Source: Candidatus Saccharimonadales bacterium (GTDB taxonomy: Bacteria > Patescibacteriota > Saccharimonadia > Saccharimonadales > UBA4665). Taken from it: a stretch of 59,375 bases of DNA. The stretch spans positions 1 to 59,375 of the forward strand of contig JBDHUJ010000001.1 of assembly GCA_039809105.1 (NCBI GenBank), given 5' to 3'. A program made the position numbers and the translations under genes. Below the pieces are notes generated by a model. That model saw only the letters and a program-made list of their open reading frames with translations, had not been told where the DNA came from and made no database searches. Below are positions 31,548-39,746 of this stretch, in pieces (position 1 is the stretch's first letter; each line of letters starts with the position of its first letter).

Positions 31548-33020
31548 ATGGGTTTGCGAACGATTGTGAAAAAGCTGATTCCGCGTGGGCTGTTTCAGGC
31601 AGTGGAGCCACTTGGCCACCTCTGTGAGGCGGTGCTGTGGAACGTCGTATACGGCTTCCCGGGCCGGGGGATGAAAGTCATCGGCATAACCGGTACCAAT
31701 GGCAAAACTACGACCACATTTTTTGTACACCGCATGTTAACAGAGGCGGGTCTTAAAGTGGGGCTTATGAGCACGGTGGCGTACGGCGTCGGCAACGACA
31801 TCCGGCAACAGGTACAGCACATGACAACGGTCGACAGCCGGACGCTTATGAAGCGGCTGAAATGGATGAAAGAGCAGGGTGTCGAATGGGTGGTCATGGA
31901 AACTACCAGCCACGCACTGGCGCAGAACCGGGTGTGGGGCGTACCATACAGCGTGGCGGTCATGACGAACATCACGCACGAACACCTCGACTACCACAAG
32001 ACGTTCGAACGCTACGTGGCGGCCAAACAAAAAATGTTCAAGCTGGCTCAAAAGAACAAAAAAGGTCTGCAAATGGGAATCGCTAACGCCGACGACCAGA
32101 ACGGCGCGAGCTTTGCTGCGGAAACCGTGCACAGCATGCTGTACGGGATAGACGCCGGCGACGTGCAGGCCATAAACGTCCAGTTGAGCGCGACGGGCGT
32201 GGACTACACCGCGGTGGTAGGGCAGAGGGCAGAGGGCAGACCTGTCCGTCCTGTCGGCCAGACAGGCGGGGGGCAGAGTTCGTCTGGTGACAGTTCGGAA
32301 ACTGGTCATTCTGAGCAACGCGAAGAATCTCAGGAAACATATCAGATACACAGCAACATTCCGGGCAAGTTCAATGTATACAATACGCTGGCGGCGGTGT
32401 GCGTCGGCCGGGCCGTGGGACTCAGTAAAGAGCAGATAGAGCAGGGGATTGCCGCCCTGGAGGGCGTAGAGGGCCGTATGGCCACGATTGACGAAGGGCA
32501 GGCGTTTAGCGTCATCGTAGACTACGCGCACACGCCAGACAGCTTTGAGAAGCTTTTTAAGGACCTGCGGCCGGTCGTAAAGGGCAAGCTCATCGTGCTG
32601 TTCGGGTCTGCTGGGCGGCGCGACGAGGCCAAACGGGCAGTACAGGGCCGGTTGGCGGCCGAATACGCCGATGAGATTGTGGTAACCGAAGAAGACGACC
32701 GTGACATGGACGGCCAGGAAATTATGGAGCAGATTGCCACCGCAGCCGAAGAAGCCGGCAAGGTCCGCGAGCAGAACCTCTTCCTGGTGCATGACCGCAC
32801 CGAAGCAATCGCCTTCGCCCTCGGTCGGGCGCATGCCGCCGAAGATACGGTGTTGCTCCTGGGCAAAGGTCACGAAAAAGATATCTTACGTAACGGTCCA
32901 CGGGCGGCCGAACTCCGTCACTTGCAGCAGGACGACCACAACCCCGACCGCGTCGTAGAATTCCCCTGGGACGAAGTCGCCACTGCCCGCAAAGCCCTCC
33001 GCGCTAACCAAACCAAGTAA
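31548..33020 (+). CDS. murE: UDP-N-acetylmuramoyl-tripeptide synthetase (MurE-type Mur ligase) with a low-complexity insertion
   Basis: GITGTNGKTTTT P-loop, TSHAL, GKFNVYNTLAA and DYAHTPDS motifs. ATG 31548 lies 6 nt after TATACT (31536-31541). Atypical segment GQRAEGRPVRPVGQTGGGQSSSGDSSETGHSEQREESQET. Confidence 0.9.
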   Translation: MGLRTIVKKLIPRGLFQAVEPLGHLCEAVLWNVVYGFPGRGMKVIGITGTNGKTTTTFFVHRMLTEAGLKVGLMSTVAYGVGNDIRQQVQHMTTVDSRTLMKRLKWMKEQGVEWVVMETTSHALAQNRVWGVPYSVAVMTNITHEHLDYHKTFERYVAAKQKMFKLAQKNKKGLQMGIANADDQNGASFAAETVHSMLYGIDAGDVQAINVQLSATGVDYTAVVGQRAEGRPVRPVGQTGGGQSSSGDSSETGHSEQREESQETYQIHSNIPGKFNVYNTLAAVCVGRAVGLSKEQIEQGIAALEGVEGRMATIDEGQAFSVIVDYAHTPDSFEKLFKDLRPVVKGKLIVLFGSAGRRDEAKRAVQGRLAAEYADEIVVTEEDDRDMDGQEIMEQIATAAEEAGKVREQNLFLVHDRTEAIAFALGRAHAAEDTVLLLGKGHEKDILRNGPRAAELRHLQQDDHNPDRVVEFPWDEVATARKALRANQTK

Positions 33021-33039
33021 CATACCAAATACATACCAA
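33018..33039. repeat. Left 22-bp inverted repeat flanking the fic gene
   Basis: AACATACCAAATACATACCAAG is the exact reverse complement of 34446-34467. It overlaps the murE stop codon. Confidence 0.9.
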
Positions 33040-33061
33040 GTAGCATAATAAACTTGGTATG

Positions 33062-34432
33062 TTATTTGACTGACCGGGCGTAATAGTAGACAAACTTACC
33101 ACTACGTAATGGGTAGACAAGTTTATGCTTCTGTAGCTCTTTGAGATCCAGTTGGGCGGTGTTATTGCTGATACTGTTTAGTCCAGCGTGTGACTTGGCG
33201 CTTACTCGGTGATGCGGGTCAGACAACAAGTAGTGCATGACCTGCTTTTGGCGGTCGTTGAGTCGCGCGCGAGTGGTCAGGAGCTGGTCAACCGACCGGT
33301 TCTCATCGTCTTGCTTTTGGACGTATTTTAAGAAATCATCTAAGGCGGTCTTTATCTTTTGCATGTGGTAGTCCAAAAAGTAGGTGAAGTCGCTGTGGTC
33401 TTGCTCGCTATAGATGTAGGCGTCGCTGTACTGAATCGGTGCTCGCTTAATAACCGTTGAAATCGGCACGTAGGTGGCTAGCCAGTAACCTTTTTTTAGG
33501 AGGTACCAGTAAAAAATAGCACGGGCGATGCGGCCGTTGCCGTCAGCAAAGGGGTGCAAATAGCCAATCCAGAAATGCAGCACAATTGCCTTGATAATGG
33601 GGTGTAAGAAGTGCTCTTCTTGCTCGTCATTCGCGAAGGCGATGAGGCGGTCGAGTTCGGGTGTGAGGAATGATTCTGGTGGGGGGATGTAAGTGGTGCG
33701 TGGGTCAAGTTCGGGACCGAGCGTAACATTGTCGTCGTCACGTCGCCACCGGCCAATATCATTCTCGTCCATGGTGTGGGCTGCTACTATCTGGTGCATT
33801 TCGAGCAATAATTCACGGCTTAGAGGTACATCTTTGTAAACTTCGGTGGTTTTGACCATCATGCGATAGTTGTTGAGCGTCATCCACTCTGACTTATCGC
33901 GTGGAGTACGGTTCTCGGCAATCATATTCTTGGCGTCTTTACGGGTAACACTGGCACCTTCCAGTTGGCTAGAGGCGATTGACTCTTCAATGATGCCACG
34001 CGTCATGTAGGTCTGATGCTCGCTGGCGCTGAGCTGCACTTTGTTGCTAAAAATTTGGCCACCACCCATGTATAAGTCGAATTCGTTTAAATACTTATCG
34101 ACGTAGGGCAGCCGGGCCCATCGAAAGTGATCGCCCTCAGGTGTTCGTACTGGCACGGGTTGGGCGTTAATGGTTCTAAATTCGCGACCAAGCACCCAGG
34201 CCTCTTCGCTATTGAAACCTTTTGGCGGCGTAATAAATCGAGCTTTCTCCCAGGACAGGTATTTAGGGTGGGTAATCTGCTTGAGATATGTATTGAACTC
34301 TCGCTGATTCTCAAAGAAGCGCTCATACAAATCAGAAGAATGTACTTTTTGAAGGTCGGGTTCGGAAATACGAAAGAATTCCATGAGGGTAAGCATAGCA
34401 TAACAGATTAACATAGTCAATGTACGTACCAA
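33062..34432 (-). CDS. Fic-domain protein (AMPylase-type) with C-terminal winged-helix
   Basis: HPFADGNGRIARAIFYW (HxFx[DE]GNGRxxR). The start is uncertain: the track uses TTG 34432, and ATG candidates exist at 34414, 34396 and 34384. Confidence 0.85.
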   Translation of the reverse strand: MVRTLTMLICYAMLTLMEFFRISEPDLQKVHSSDLYERFFENQREFNTYLKQITHPKYLSWEKARFITPPKGFNSEEAWVLGREFRTINAQPVPVRTPEGDHFRWARLPYVDKYLNEFDLYMGGGQIFSNKVQLSASEHQTYMTRGIIEESIASSQLEGASVTRKDAKNMIAENRTPRDKSEWMTLNNYRMMVKTTEVYKDVPLSRELLLEMHQIVAAHTMDENDIGRWRRDDDNVTLGPELDPRTTYIPPPESFLTPELDRLIAFANDEQEEHFLHPIIKAIVLHFWIGYLHPFADGNGRIARAIFYWYLLKKGYWLATYVPISTVIKRAPIQYSDAYIYSEQDHSDFTYFLDYHMQKIKTALDDFLKYVQKQDDENRSVDQLLTTRARLNDRQKQVMHYLLSDPHHRVSAKSHAGLNSISNNTAQLDLKELQKHKLVYPLRSGKFVYYYARSVK

Positions 34433-34445
34433 CTTGGTATGTACG

Positions 34446-34467
34446 CTTGGTATGTATTTGGTATGTT
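34446..34467. repeat. Right 22-bp inverted repeat flanking fic; part of three direct TTGGTATGT repeats
   Basis: CTTGGTATGTATTTGGTATGTT. The TTGGTATGT 9-mer occurs at 34434, 34447 and 34458. Confidence 0.9.
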
Positions 34468-34513
34468 TTAGGTTGCTTTCTGGGTAGCGTAGCTGGTACT
34501 GGCATATTTTACC

Positions 34514-34616
34514 TGACCCACACTCACTATTCTGACACCAGGGGTGCTCTGCCAGTCGCTATCGCTCCTGCCTCCGCGGGGCGACCCATGTCTTACAAAA
34601 AAGTGAGTGTGGGTCA
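34514..34616. mobile_element. Family C palindromic element, copy 2, with 10-bp flanking direct repeat
   Basis: Arms TGACCCACACTCAC / GTGAGTGTGGGTCA. ATATTTTACC occurs at 34504-34513 and 34618-34627. Core shared with 1813-1922. Confidence 0.82.
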
Positions 34617-34662
34617 GATATTTTACCTAGAGGGCAGACAAGGAGGTACGATGGCCGTCTAA

Positions 34663-35550
34663 CTACGAGCTACTTATGCAGACAGAAGTGCAGCGGATGG
34701 AGCCGCCGCCTTTGGCGAGTTCGGGGTTGCTGAGCAGGACGGTTTTGAGGCCGTGGGCTTCGATGGCTTGCTGCAGCTCTGGCGCGCCTTGGTTCATGAT
34801 GACTGTTTCACCGGTGGAAACGAGGTTGCAGGCGTAGGCTTTGGTGGCTTCCTGGAGGCTGACTTCTATTTTCTCGACACCGTCGAAGGCGCGGAGCAAG
34901 GCCTGGCTTTCGGGCACGAACGCTTCGGGACACCAGGCGATGAGGCCTTTTTGTCCGTCAACCGGCGGTTTGAGGATGGCGAGGGCCAGGTCTATATCGT
35001 AGAAAAAGCTGTCTGGCCAGCCGGAGTAGCTGTTTATAACCGGTGTACCGCTAGCGTCCAGCTGAGGGATGGTTTGTAGCTGTATACGCTGGTAGCCGAG
35101 GGTTTCGGCGGCGAATGCCTGAGCTTCTGGGTCGCTGCGGTAAGTTTGGCCGCAAAAGAGGTAGTTGCCGCACGGCAGTGCATCGCCCTGGCCGGAGAAA
35201 CGGAGGTCGCCAGGTACTTTCATAACTTTTTTCCCGAACGATTCGAAGACGGACTGGGCGTAAGCTTCTTCACCGGTGCGGGCATTGGGCAGGCGAGCAA
35301 GTACTACCGTGCCGTTTCGCTCCAAACCCCAGTTGGCGGTGTAGACGCCATCTTGGCAGTCTTGCGGCGGTTTAACCTGGTGGACTGCCATGCCGGCAGC
35401 TTCGAAGGCATGTCGAATGGCGAGATGCTCTTCGGTGGCTACGGCCCGGTCTACAGGCACCTGGGCGTCCATAAAGGGATTTATAGCGGCGGTGTCGTTA
35501 AAGTAGTCGACCCCGGAAACGATGACTTTCTGGTTGAGTGTCAGGGACAT
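34663..35550 (-). CDS. Pentein-superfamily enzyme (amidinotransferase / DDAH / arginine-deiminase-like)
   Basis: C-terminal catalytic-Cys motif GGGSIRCTS. About 295 aa. ATG 35550 lies 8 nt after a minus-strand TATACT. Confidence 0.7.
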   Translation of the reverse strand: MSLTLNQKVIVSGVDYFNDTAAINPFMDAQVPVDRAVATEEHLAIRHAFEAAGMAVHQVKPPQDCQDGVYTANWGLERNGTVVLARLPNARTGEEAYAQSVFESFGKKVMKVPGDLRFSGQGDALPCGNYLFCGQTYRSDPEAQAFAAETLGYQRIQLQTIPQLDASGTPVINSYSGWPDSFFYDIDLALAILKPPVDGQKGLIAWCPEAFVPESQALLRAFDGVEKIEVSLQEATKAYACNLVSTGETVIMNQGAPELQQAIEAHGLKTVLLSNPELAKGGGSIRCTSVCISSS

Positions 35551-35700
35551 TAGTTTCCAGTATACAACACTATGCAAACAGGGGTAGTACTAGCTTTAGC
35601 GTGCGAATTTTCGAAAAACGTCCGGCCGGACCAAATCCGAAAATTTGCACGGGAGAATAAGGAGGGCGTGCGGGAGTTGACAAAATGCCCAAAAAAGTAC

Positions 35701-35728
35701 TTGAAATATATTTTGAGAGGTGTATAAT
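35701..35728 (+). promoter_or_regulatory. Promoter TTGAAA-16-TGTATAAT (extended -10)
   Basis: TTGAAA at 35701-35706 and TG-TATAAT at 35721-35728. Confidence 0.65.
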
Positions 35729-35744
35729 TGTGAGATAATTCACA
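35729..35744. promoter_or_regulatory. Operator-like inverted repeat TGTGA-gataat-TCACA
   Basis: Lies immediately downstream of the -10 box. Confidence 0.5.
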
Positions 35745-35805
35745 GTCAACAGAGGTGATATACCGATATGGCTGTGAACCCATACCATACATTACTGAGC
35801 CCATC

Positions 35806-36795
35806 ATGATTTACCTCGACGGCGAAATTCAAACTATAGAGCCAGCCTCGTTTGAGGAGATGCCCCTTATAACGCTCGAAGACCTAAGTACCGAAGCGAC
35901 TAGTCGCTTTACGGCTCTGATTAAAAACGTACAACCCGGTTCTCTGGCTCTTGATAGTATGCAATATGTTATGGCCCTCGGTGGCGTGGCCCAGAACGGA
36001 GATGCGCGAGCTGACTTTGTCGGGCAAGATGATTTTGGCCGCGGCCGCGAACGAAGTGGCAACCACGTCTATTTTGGCCAACTCGTGGTCGGGACAGAAG
36101 TGACTATGGACTTACCGGAAGAGGTGGCCGTAAAACCAATGGTCATGACAGGTGATAAAGGGTTGATAAATGAATGGGCCGCGAATAACTATCTTAACAG
36201 TGTAAGTGCCGATGAACGGGCGTATATACCACTTGGTATCTGGAGGGACATCGACGATGTGCCTCAACTGGTTACCGTGTATGACCACCCGGTTCAGAGC
36301 TACGATAACCTTTATTGGGCAACAGGTGGGAGCGCCCGATCGGTAACACCGGAAAAGATATATAAGGCGTTCGGTATATGTATGTACGGCATCGGACTAC
36401 TGGCAGGTGTCGGTGCAATTCATGGCGATGCGCAGCCCAAGAACCTTGCTGTTGACCGGAAGCGTTTCCGGTACATTGACCTGGAGGAAACGACACTATT
36501 GCCACGGGACGGAAAAGGCGATTTTGTTTACGATTCCTCTACGCGAGAGCAACTCATGGAAGATATTGACACATTTCTGGGCAATTGTATTGGTTTCGGC
36601 GAAAGAGACGATGTCATCGTGGATATAATGGGAAATACTGCCACGCACAGGCTGGCTTTTGAAAGCTACAGCCGCGGCATAGTACGGAGTGCCAAGCGAC
36701 TCGATAAGCGGCTTCCTGCCACTATGCCCATTACCCCCGGAGATATCGCAGAGGGTTTCGGTAGGGCTGTCGATATGTACAATCAACACTCTTGA
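35806..36795 (+). CDS. Kinase-like (APH/protein-kinase fold) hypothetical protein
   Basis: HGDAQPKNLAV (HxDxxxxN catalytic-loop pattern) followed by YIDLEE. The start is ambiguous: GTG 35755 in the track versus ATG 35806. Confidence 0.55.
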   Translation: MIYLDGEIQTIEPASFEEMPLITLEDLSTEATSRFTALIKNVQPGSLALDSMQYVMALGGVAQNGDARADFVGQDDFGRGRERSGNHVYFGQLVVGTEVTMDLPEEVAVKPMVMTGDKGLINEWAANNYLNSVSADERAYIPLGIWRDIDDVPQLVTVYDHPVQSYDNLYWATGGSARSVTPEKIYKAFGICMYGIGLLAGVGAIHGDAQPKNLAVDRKRFRYIDLEETTLLPRDGKGDFVYDSSTREQLMEDIDTFLGNCIGFGERDDVIVDIMGNTATHRLAFESYSRGIVRSAKRLDKRLPATMPITPGDIAEGFGRAVDMYNQHS

Positions 36796-36821
36796 CGGGG
36801 GAGTTGGCACTCGCGTATAGT
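36792..36821 (+). promoter_or_regulatory. groESL promoter TTGACG-18-TATAGT
   Basis: Overlaps CIRCE copy 1. Confidence 0.6.
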
Positions 36822-36830
36822 GAGTGCTGA
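36804..36830. promoter_or_regulatory. CIRCE operator (HrcA site), copy 1
   Basis: TTGGCACTC-N9-GAGTGCTGA versus consensus TTAGCACTC-N9-GAGTGCTAA. Confidence 0.85.
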
Positions 36831-36834
36831 TGCG

Positions 36835-36861
36835 TTAGCACTCGTGGGACTTTACTGCTAA
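36835..36861. promoter_or_regulatory. CIRCE-like operator, copy 2 (degenerate right arm)
   Basis: TTAGCACTC-N9-TACTGCTAA. Confidence 0.6.
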
Positions 36862-36901
36862 TGCTTCTCGTAAGATGTAAAGGTGACAAGGGAGGATTTA
36901 T

Positions 36902-37168
36902 ATGAGCGTACCTATTCAGCCGCTCGGCGAAAACATCGTGGCGCAGCCGCTCGAGGCCGAAACAAAGACCAAAAGCGGGCTGTACATACCTGGTGGGGCA
37001 CAGGAAAAGCCGAAGGTGGTCAAGGTGGTGGCTGTCGGCGCCAAGGTCAAAGACGTGAAGGTCGGTGACCAGATTATCTTTAAGGGGTATAGCCAGACTG
37101 ACATCAAAGTCGAAGGCACCGACTACATTATCGTTAAAGAAGAAGATGTCATAGCGACAGTCAAGTAA
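36902..37168 (+). CDS. groES: Co-chaperonin GroES
   Basis: 88 aa, IQPLGENIVAQPLEAETKTKSGLYIP. GGGAGG SD. Confidence 0.95.
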   Translation: MSVPIQPLGENIVAQPLEAETKTKSGLYIPGGAQEKPKVVKVVAVGAKVKDVKVGDQIIFKGYSQTDIKVEGTDYIIVKEEDVIATVK

Positions 37169-37249
37169 CCGATTATCGATTATAGATTTCCGATTTCCGG
37201 AGCGACAGATTCTATAATCGAACATCGATAATCTAAAATCGGAGGTTTT

Positions 37250-38893
37250 ATGAGTAAGAAAGTTTTTTACGATGATGATGCGCGCCGCAGGGTGCTAGAA
37301 GGCGCACGGATTTTATACGAAGCAGTCAAGACGACTATGGGGCCGAAGGGCCGCAATGTGGTCATCTCTAAGTCGTTCGGCGCACCCACGGTGACGCACG
37401 ACGGCGTAACGGTGGCAAAAGGTGTTGAGATTGCCGATGTCGATGACGAGACTTTGGGCTACAAAGTCGGCGCGGAACTGATAAAACAAGCTGCCAACAA
37501 GATGAACGACGTGGCTGGTGACGGCACGACCACTGTAACGGTACTGACGTACCACATTCTGAACGAGGCCAACAAGCTCATCGCCGCTGGCCACAACCCG
37601 ATGTTGCTGCGCAAAGGCCTGGAAGCTGCGGCTCTCGAGGTCGAAAAGCAACTCGACGGCTTGGCCGAGGACATTCAGGGTAACAAGAAACGAGTTGCAG
37701 AGGTCGCTACCATTTCGGCTGGTGATAGCGCCATCGGCAAGCTTATTTCTGAAGTTATCGAAAAAGTCGGCCGCGACGGCGTGGTGACGGTAGAAGAAGG
37801 TAAGGGCCTGACGCTGGAAAGCGAAGTGGTGGAAGGCTTTACCTTTGACCGCGGTTTCGTGAGCCCGTACATGGTGACCGACACCGGTCGTATGGAGGCT
37901 GTGTACAGCAAGCCGGCCATCGTCATCACCGACAAGAAAGTCTCTTCGGTGCAGGAACTGCTACCGATTCTCGAAAAACTGGCGCAGGCTGGCAAGAAAG
38001 ACCTGATTCTCATTGCCGACGAAGTCGAGGGTGAAGCTCTAGGTACGCTGATTCTGAACCGCCTGAAGGGCGTGTTCAATACCGTAGCCGTAAAGGCTCC
38101 AGCTTTCGGTGACCGCCACAAGGAAATGCTCGAAGACATCGCCATCTTAACTGGTGCGCAGGTGATTACCGACGACCGTGGCATGACGTTCGAAAACGTC
38201 GAGCTCGACGTCGTAGGTACGGCCCGCAAAGTTATCGTGACCAAAGACGAAACGACCATCATCGAGGGTGCTGGCACGACTGCCGAGGTAAATACCCGTA
38301 TGAAGCAAATTGCTGCCCAGGCGGACGCTGCTAGCAGTGAATACGACAAAGAAAACTACGAAAAGCGCCGCGCCGCTCTCTCCGGCAAAGTCGCTGTGAT
38401 AAAAGTCGGTGGTGCTACCGAAACCGAAATCGAGGAAAAGAAGTACCGCGTGGATGACGCTGTGGCTGCCGTGAAGGCTGCTCTGGCCGAAGGTATTGTC
38501 CCTGGTGGCGGTGTGACGCTCGTGAACCTGGCTGGTGCTGTTTCTACAGACGACAAAGACGGTTCGGTGGCCGCAGGCCGTGGGCTGCTCGTAAAGGCCC
38601 TGGAACAGCCGTTCCGCATCTTGATGACCAACAGTGGCTTGAATGCTGACGAATGGCTGCCGCAGGTTAAGAAAGCCAAGGCGGGGCAGGGTGTGAACGT
38701 AAACGACCCGTCGAAGCTCGTCGACCTCAAGGCTGCCGGTGTCGTTGACCCTGTCGCCGTAACCAAACAGGCCGTCCAGAACGCCACCTCCATCGCTGGC
38801 ACAAGCATGACCATGGGCGCACTCGTTGTCGAAGTCCCCGAGCCCAAGACCGCAGCTGCTCCCGACATGGGTGGCGGCATGATGGGCATGTAG
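37250..38893 (+). CDS. groEL: Chaperonin GroEL
   Basis: 547 aa with AGDGTTTVTVL and a C-terminal GGGMMGM. Confidence 0.98.
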   Translation: MSKKVFYDDDARRRVLEGARILYEAVKTTMGPKGRNVVISKSFGAPTVTHDGVTVAKGVEIADVDDETLGYKVGAELIKQAANKMNDVAGDGTTTVTVLTYHILNEANKLIAAGHNPMLLRKGLEAAALEVEKQLDGLAEDIQGNKKRVAEVATISAGDSAIGKLISEVIEKVGRDGVVTVEEGKGLTLESEVVEGFTFDRGFVSPYMVTDTGRMEAVYSKPAIVITDKKVSSVQELLPILEKLAQAGKKDLILIADEVEGEALGTLILNRLKGVFNTVAVKAPAFGDRHKEMLEDIAILTGAQVITDDRGMTFENVELDVVGTARKVIVTKDETTIIEGAGTTAEVNTRMKQIAAQADAASSEYDKENYEKRRAALSGKVAVIKVGGATETEIEEKKYRVDDAVAAVKAALAEGIVPGGGVTLVNLAGAVSTDDKDGSVAAGRGLLVKALEQPFRILMTNSGLNADEWLPQVKKAKAGQGVNVNDPSKLVDLKAAGVVDPVAVTKQAVQNATSIAGTSMTMGALVVEVPEPKTAAAPDMGGGMMGM

Positions 38894-38968
38894 CCAATCT
38901 CTGCCACTCCTCCATAAGTGGGAATGAATTTTCCTCTAAACCCCATGACACTTTTGAATCGCAAAACC

Positions 38969-39000
38969 GGGGTCCCCGCGAAACTTGTTTCGCGGGGTGG
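38969..39000. repeat. Hairpin GGGGT-CCCCGCGAAA-cttg-TTTCGCGGGG-TGG
   Basis: Shares its flanks (GGGGT...GGGGTG) with the hairpin at 39325-39360, but the stem sequence differs. Confidence 0.75.
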
Positions 39001-39223
39001 AGAAGTGTCCAAAACTCCCGGGGCAGGCTCCAGTCGCTCGGTGCGTTGTTGTGAAGCCCGACAACCGTTTTGACAACTAGGTCGCCGCGGCGACCGTCGG
39101 ACAGTCAAAACGGATCCTTCGGCTAACGCCTCGGACGAGTTGTCGGTTTCACGAACATCGCAGCCGGGCTCCTTCCGAATGCCCCGCAAGGAAGCTGTAT
39201 GGCCTGGCGGCCATTGTTAAATA

Positions 39224-39256
39224 AAAATATCCTTGGATTTAGTCCGAGGATATTTT
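39224..39256. terminator. AT-rich bidirectional terminator hairpin
   Basis: AAAATATCCT-tggatttagtccg-AGGATATTTT. Confidence 0.7.
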
Positions 39257-39312
39257 TATAACTTCCCGCAGGAAAGAGCAGCCGGAGTGACGAATTTATT
39301 TCGGCACTCCGC

Positions 39313-39387
39313 GTAATGAGAGGCGGGGTCCCCGGCAAGAGAGGATTCTTGCTGGGGTGCAGTAACCTATCTCGGTTCTCTCATTAC
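39313..39387. other. Nested stem structure (10-bp outer stem enclosing an 11-bp hairpin)
   Basis: GTAATGAGAG...[CCCCGGCAAGA-gaggat-TCTTGCTGGGG]...CTCTCATTAC. Function unknown. Confidence 0.5.
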
Positions 39388-39444
39388 GGAAGGGGGAGGC
39401 GGAGCTGGTAGAGGACTATGCCGGAGCGTGTCCGTACGCGTTTA

Positions 39445-39654
39445 CTATCCACCATACGCCGAAGAGCCGTAGCCCCGCCCACCCTGTTTAGCGGCACTGC
39501 CCGTAAGCGATTTGCCGGTGAACAGCTTTATGGCGGTACCAAAGCCAAAAATCGACGCGACGGCCAGACCTGACATACCCAGGAACTCCTTGCGGCTGAC
39601 TTCCTTTTGCATGAGGTTTGACACGTGCTGCGAGACTTGCTGATTCATGTTCAT
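39445..39654 (-). CDS. Small protein consisting of a Tat-like signal peptide plus a Gly-rich tail
   Basis: 69 aa. SRKEFLGMSGLAVASIFGFGTAI resembles S/T-R-R-x-F-L-K plus an h-region. Lies next to tatC-tatA. Confidence 0.5.
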   Translation of the reverse strand: MNMNQQVSQHVSNLMQKEVSRKEFLGMSGLAVASIFGFGTAIKLFTGKSLTGSAAKQGGRGYGSSAYGG

Positions 39655-39746
39655 TTGCCTTTTTATTTTGTAATTTACAAACTAGATTGTAATCATAAGC
39701 ATATAAGCTGTCAACAGATATTCCCCAGGTGTAGCAAAAAATACTA

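Noticed and set aside
31737-32873. 378-aa minus-strand ORF
   Set aside because: It is antisense to murE and has no motifs.
35768-35809. 13-codon ORF with the best SD (GAGGTGA) upstream of the kinase-like gene
   Set aside because: It is out of frame with the long ORF and too short to evaluate. It is mentioned only because it complicates the start-site choice (GTG 35755 versus ATG 35806).
37675-39189. Two long minus-strand ORFs (224 and 277 aa)
   Set aside because: They are antisense to groEL, whose identity is unambiguous.
39150-39215. SRP-RNA-like UUC-GGAA-GGAGCC hairpin on the minus strand
   Set aside because: The conserved symmetric and asymmetric loops (AGCA / GGAA context) of SRP domain IV are not reproduced. 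The simple alternative hairpin CTTCC...GGAAG explains the sequence.
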